DNA of 64,000 nt from an uncultured bacterium (lineage in GTDB: Bacteria; Omnitrophota; Gorgyraeia; Duberdicusellales; CBEUCJ01): assembly GCA_965541615.1 (NCBI GenBank), contig CBEUCJ010000002.1:31795-95794 (forward strand). Direction: 5' to 3'. The notes beneath the pieces were generated by a model, which saw only the letters and a program-made list of their open reading frames with translations, did not search any database and had not been told where the DNA came from. The translations under genes and the position numbers were made by a program. How positions within the stretch are numbered: the stretch's first letter is position 1; each line of letters opens with the position of its first letter. Of this stretch, positions 60,408-64,000 are shown in pieces.

Positions 60408-61519
60408 TGAATGTATTAGTCACAGGAGGATGTGGGTTTATAGGTTCGCATTTAGTAGATAGATTAGTAGAATTAGGTTTTAATGTAAAGGTCTATGATA
60501 ATTTAGAACCCCAAGTTCACTTAGGTAAAAAACCAGTTTATTTAAATAAAGAAGCTGAATATATATTTGGAGATCTAAGAGATAAAGAGAAGTTAAAAAA
60601 AGTTTTAAAAAAAGTAGAGATAATCTTTCATTTAGCTTCTCAGGTAGGAGTTGGTCAATCTATGTATGAGATTTATAAATATGTAGACCATAATTGTTTA
60701 GGTACAGCAGTATTATTAGAGACAGTAGTTAATACTAAAAACAAAGTTAAAAAAATTATTGTAGCTTCTTCTATGTCTATCTATGGAGAAGGAGCTTATA
60801 AGTGTAAAAATTGTGGGGTAGTTTACCCTAAATTTAGATGTAAAGAGGATTTAAAAAATAAAATATGGGAATTAAAGTGTCCAAAATGTAAGAGAAAGAT
60901 TACTCCAATCCCTACTTCTGAAGAGAAACCTTTAAATCCTACTTCTATTTATGCTACTACTAAAAGAACCCAAGAAGAGATGTGTTTAGAGATAGGCTCA
61001 GCTTACAAGATACCTGTAGTAGCATTAAGATACTTTAATGTTTATGGGGAAAGACAGTCATTAAACAACCCTTATACAGGAGTATGTGCTATTTTTATTT
61101 CTAGAATTAAAAATAATAAGCCTCCTTTAATATTTGAAGATGGAAAACAAACCAGAGATTTTATACATGTTTCAGATGTTGTGCAAGCTAATATTTTAGC
61201 TATGGAAAACAAAAATGCAGATTTTAAAATTTTTAATGTAGGTAGAGGAAAAGCAGTTTCTATTTTAGAAGTAGCAAATGTTTTAATATCTATCTATAAA
61301 AAAGATATTAAGCCTAAGATTCTAAATAAATATAGAGCAGGAGATATAAGACATTGTTTTGCAGATGTAAAAAAGATTAAAGAAGAACTAGGATTTTCTC
61401 CCAAAGTAGATTTTGAAGAAGGAATGAGGAGATTGGTTTTATGGTCAGAAGACAAAGAGGCTAAAGATCTTTTAGATAAAGCAAAAAAAGAATTAATTAG
61501 AAAAAAGCTTATTATTTAA
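60404..61519 (+). CDS. NAD-dependent epimerase/dehydratase (extended SDR) with inserted CxxC...CxxC zinc ribbon
   Basis: 371 aa; TGGCGFIGSHLV Rossmann motif, catalytic YATTK; roughly 40-aa insertion YKCKNCGVVYPKFRCKEDLKNKIWELKCPKCKRK between the SSxxxYG strand and the catalytic Tyr. Confidence 0.75.
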   Translation: MMNVLVTGGCGFIGSHLVDRLVELGFNVKVYDNLEPQVHLGKKPVYLNKEAEYIFGDLRDKEKLKKVLKKVEIIFHLASQVGVGQSMYEIYKYVDHNCLGTAVLLETVVNTKNKVKKIIVASSMSIYGEGAYKCKNCGVVYPKFRCKEDLKNKIWELKCPKCKRKITPIPTSEEKPLNPTSIYATTKRTQEEMCLEIGSAYKIPVVALRYFNVYGERQSLNNPYTGVCAIFISRIKNNKPPLIFEDGKQTRDFIHVSDVVQANILAMENKNADFKIFNVGRGKAVSILEVANVLISIYKKDIKPKILNKYRAGDIRHCFADVKKIKEELGFSPKVDFEEGMRRLVLWSEDKEAKDLLDKAKKELIRKKLII

Positions 61520-61522
61520 AAT

Positions 61523-62659
61523 ATGGAACCAAAGTGTGATATTATTGTCCTCACTTGGAATCAAAAATCATTAATAAAAGAATTTACAGATTCTATTTTA
61601 GAAAACACTATCACCCCCTCTAGATTGATAATCATAGATAACGCAAGTAAAGATGGCACTCAGGATTATTTGAAAACTTTAAAAGGTAATGAGATCGTAA
61701 AGATAGAAGTTATTTTTAATAAAGAAAATTTAGGTTATGTAGGAGGAATGAATCAAGGACTGGTTTTAAGCAAATCTGAGTATGTATGTTTGATGAATAA
61801 CGATGTTTTAGTAACTAAAGGATGGTTATCTAAGATGATAAAGGTAGCCGAAAGTCACCCTCAAATAGGTATAGTCAACCCCCAGAGTAACAATTTTGGT
61901 GTTTTTCCTCCAAAAGGGATGAGTTTAAATGAATTTGCACAAAAGTTAGAACAGAAATTTAATAATGAATTTGTAGAGTTTAACACATGTATAGGTTTTT
62001 GTATGTTAATTAAAAGGAAAGTGATAGAAAAAATTGGTTTTTTGAGCACAGAATTTGCGCCCATATTCTTTGAAGATACAGATTTCTCTATGAGAGCCAA
62101 GAAAGCAGGATTTTTGTGTGTAGGAGCTTTATCTGCTTATGTATGGCACCATGAACATAAAGCAGTGAGCAGAATGAAAGAAAGAGAAGAGATTTTTAAA
62201 AGAAATAAAGAAAAATTTGAAAAGAAATGGGGTAGATTTTTAAGAATAGCTTTTATTACAAAAAATCTTCCTCAATCAGAGGGTTTTAAAGATGATTTTC
62301 TTAAAGCTATAAAGTTAGCTCGTTTATCTAATTTTATTCATTTCTTCTTTAAAAATCCCCAAAATCTATCTCCTAAAGTTTTTTTTAAAGACTTAAATGA
62401 AGTTGTGAATTGCAATCTCAAATTTTTTTATCCAAAGCATTTTTTAAATTTTAATCTATACGTATTATGGAGAATATTGAAAAGAAGAAAGAAAAAATAT
62501 GATATAATTATCGTTCCTACTAAAGGTATGTTCAATAATTTTAAATTTTTAAAATTCCTTCATAGAGCAGATGTGATTTTTAACGAACCTGTAGAGATCC
62601 TTTTAGAATTTTGCAAGAAAAAAAAATTTGAAAATGAGAATAGCTCTAATTTACAATAG
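61523..62659 (+). CDS. family 2 glycosyltransferase with C-terminal extension
   Basis: 378 aa; GT-A motifs (IIDNASKDGT, LMNNDV, FFEDTDF) then about 130 aa of unassigned sequence. Confidence 0.75.
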   Translation: MEPKCDIIVLTWNQKSLIKEFTDSILENTITPSRLIIIDNASKDGTQDYLKTLKGNEIVKIEVIFNKENLGYVGGMNQGLVLSKSEYVCLMNNDVLVTKGWLSKMIKVAESHPQIGIVNPQSNNFGVFPPKGMSLNEFAQKLEQKFNNEFVEFNTCIGFCMLIKRKVIEKIGFLSTEFAPIFFEDTDFSMRAKKAGFLCVGALSAYVWHHEHKAVSRMKEREEIFKRNKEKFEKKWGRFLRIAFITKNLPQSEGFKDDFLKAIKLARLSNFIHFFFKNPQNLSPKVFFKDLNEVVNCNLKFFYPKHFLNFNLYVLWRILKRRKKKYDIIIVPTKGMFNNFKFLKFLHRADVIFNEPVEILLEFCKKKKFENENSSNLQ

Positions 62660-63494
62660 AGGCAACAGATTACCATTGGGCGAAATATGTCAAGATATTT
62701 TAAAAAAATATAAAACTTTAGAAATCTATCAATTTGACTTAAAGGAAATACAAAGTGTTAAAGAAAGATTTGATTTATATTTAAGAATAGGCGATGATAA
62801 CTATGAAATTTTGCCTAATGACCTTCATCCTGTAGGATGGTGGATAACAGATACTCATTTAAAACATGCCTATAAAAAAATAAAAAAACAAGCTAAAGAT
62901 TACGATTTTCTTTTCTGTGCGCAAAAAGAAGGAGCGCAAAAGTTAGAAAGAGATCTAAATAAGAAGGTTTACTGGCTTCCTTTAGGAACTCCAGGAGTTG
63001 ACCCAAATTTTAAATTTGTTCAAGAAGAAGATAAGATATGGGATATATGCTTTGTAGGGACTCAGGGTAAATACAGTTTAAGAAAAGTAGTTTTGGAATT
63101 AATAAAAATAAATTATCCAAATTCATTTATAGGAGAAGTTCCCTTTTCAAAATTACTAGAATTTTATTCTAAATCAAAGATTTGTATAAATTATCCTATA
63201 AATAATGACATCAATGCTAGAATTTTTGAAGCTATGAGTGCAGGAAGTTTGGTGATTACCTATCGTATAAAAAATAATGGTTTTGAAGAACTTTTTGAAG
63301 AGAATAAACATTTAGTAGTCTTTGATGATATCTTTGAAGAGATGAAAGAGAAGATAGATTATTATTTAAAAAATACAGATGCAAGATTAAAGATAGCAAA
63401 AAATGGATTTGAGTATGTAAATAAGTGTCATACTTACACACAGAGGTTAACAAGGATGTTTAAAATAATAGGGATAGATTTACAGAATTTATGA
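62628..63494 (+). CDS. glycosyltransferase, CgeB/GT1-C-terminal-domain-like
   Basis: 288 aa; ICFVGTQGKYSLR...ICINYP...RIFEAMSAGSLVIT resembles the Glyco_trans_1_2 (CgeB-like) family. Confidence 0.55.
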   Translation: MKMRIALIYNRGNRLPLGEICQDILKKYKTLEIYQFDLKEIQSVKERFDLYLRIGDDNYEILPNDLHPVGWWITDTHLKHAYKKIKKQAKDYDFLFCAQKEGAQKLERDLNKKVYWLPLGTPGVDPNFKFVQEEDKIWDICFVGTQGKYSLRKVVLELIKINYPNSFIGEVPFSKLLEFYSKSKICINYPINNDINARIFEAMSAGSLVITYRIKNNGFEELFEENKHLVVFDDIFEEMKEKIDYYLKNTDARLKIAKNGFEYVNKCHTYTQRLTRMFKIIGIDLQNL

Positions 63495-63520
63495 AAATTA
63501 AGATTTATCATATTTCTAAA

Positions 63521-63555
63521 GGTTTAGAATCAAAGTTTAATTTGTTTTCTAAACC
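63521..63555 (+). terminator. hairpin (GGTTTAGAA-N17-TTCTAAACC) after the glycosyltransferase gene
   Basis: Perfect 9-bp inverted repeat in the 175-bp gap (63495-63669), the second-largest non-tRNA intergenic gap in the window; no clear U-tract follows, so it may instead be a protein-binding palindrome. Confidence 0.3.
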
Positions 63556-63662
63556 CTGAATATATAAATCTAAATTTGAAAATTGGATGATTGTAAAAAT
63601 TTTTGGTATTTACTTCTGGATATATCCGAAAGAACACAGATTAAATCTTTTTAAATCAAAAA

Positions 63663-64000
63663 ATGGAAAGTAAAAAAGTTCCTGTAAGTGTAGTCATTTT
63701 AACCAAAAATGAAGAGGAAAAAATTGAAGATTGTTTAAAAAGTGTTTGGGGTTGGGTAGATGAAATAATAGTTGTAGATGATGAAAGTACAGATAGGACA
63801 AGAGAGATAGCTTCCAAATATGCAGATAGAGTTTTAGTTAAAAAAATGGATATAGAAGGTAAACATAGAAACTGGGCTTATTCTCAGGCAAAAAATGATT
63901 GGATTTTAAGTTTAGATGCAGATGAGGTGGTTACAGAAGAGTTAAAAAAAGAGATAATACAACTTATGAATTCAAATCTTATTGAAGAATACAATGCCTT
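63663..64000 (+). CDS. family 2 glycosyltransferase (5' partial, runs off the window)
   Basis: Translation MESKKVPVSVVILTKNEEEKIEDCLKSV...IVVDDESTDRT...LSLDADE shows GT-A motifs; absent from the ORF track because no stop falls inside the window. Confidence 0.6.
   Translation, partial: MESKKVPVSVVILTKNEEEKIEDCLKSVWGWVDEIIVVDDESTDRTREIASKYADRVLVKKMDIEGKHRNWAYSQAKNDWILSLDADEVVTEELKKEIIQLMNSNLIEEYNA

Overview
The window is a very AT-rich, extremely compact stretch of chromosome. Almost every gene overlaps or abuts its neighbour, and most genes run in long same-strand blocks on the + strand. It looks like a thermophilic, anaerobic, diderm (LPS-type) bacterium: it carries LptD and GT9 heptosyltransferases, a complete di-myo-inositol-phosphate pathway (inositol-phosphate synthase plus a fused IPCT/DIPPS), an Rnf complex, and a Rex-controlled [FeFe] hydrogenase locus.

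Reading left to right, the content is:
- 59-3197: tRNA-modification and ribosomal genes (queA, tgt, trmD, rplS).
- 3204-7905: a YraN-like gene, then a C1/folate block (FTCD-like cyclodeaminase, folD, metF, plus a degenerate flavoprotein-like partner and a DUF1015 protein).
- 7892-15764: accD, an orphan MalK-type ABC ATPase fused head-to-tail to two tandem membrane GGDEF cyclases that share a near-identical 54-nt tract, a ROK glucokinase, transaldolase and LptD.
- 15761-23804: a nucleotide-sugar module, the inositol-phosphate/DIP genes, tRNA-Thr(CGU) and metE.
- 23801-30733: an MFS transporter, rnfCDGEAB with an RseC-like gene, and purN.
- 31126-33631: a minus-strand FtsH-like protease with a lipoprotein.
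- 33700-41943: rex, a D-2-hydroxyacid dehydrogenase, nuoE-like, nuoF-like, hydA, hydF, hydG and a small gene; a near-perfect Rex operator sits in front of the hydrogenase genes.
- 41948-64000: a roughly 22 kb surface-polysaccharide/LPS locus (epimerases, Ugd, UDP-GlcA decarboxylase, DegT aminotransferase, GT2/GT9/GT1-like transferases, a B12-radical-SAM enzyme, nadE), interrupted by a Ski2/HelY-like helicase, a ParB/Srx-fold protein and a VanZ-like protein.

No CRISPR array, transposase or integrase is visible. The most unusual items are:
- an SDR epimerase with an inserted CxxC...CxxC zinc ribbon;
- a HydG with a non-canonical C-terminal cysteine motif;
- two degenerate pseudoenzyme paralogues translationally coupled to their active cognates;
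- an FtsH paralogue lacking a periplasmic domain;
- the helicase/ParB-fold/VanZ trio inside the glycan locus.
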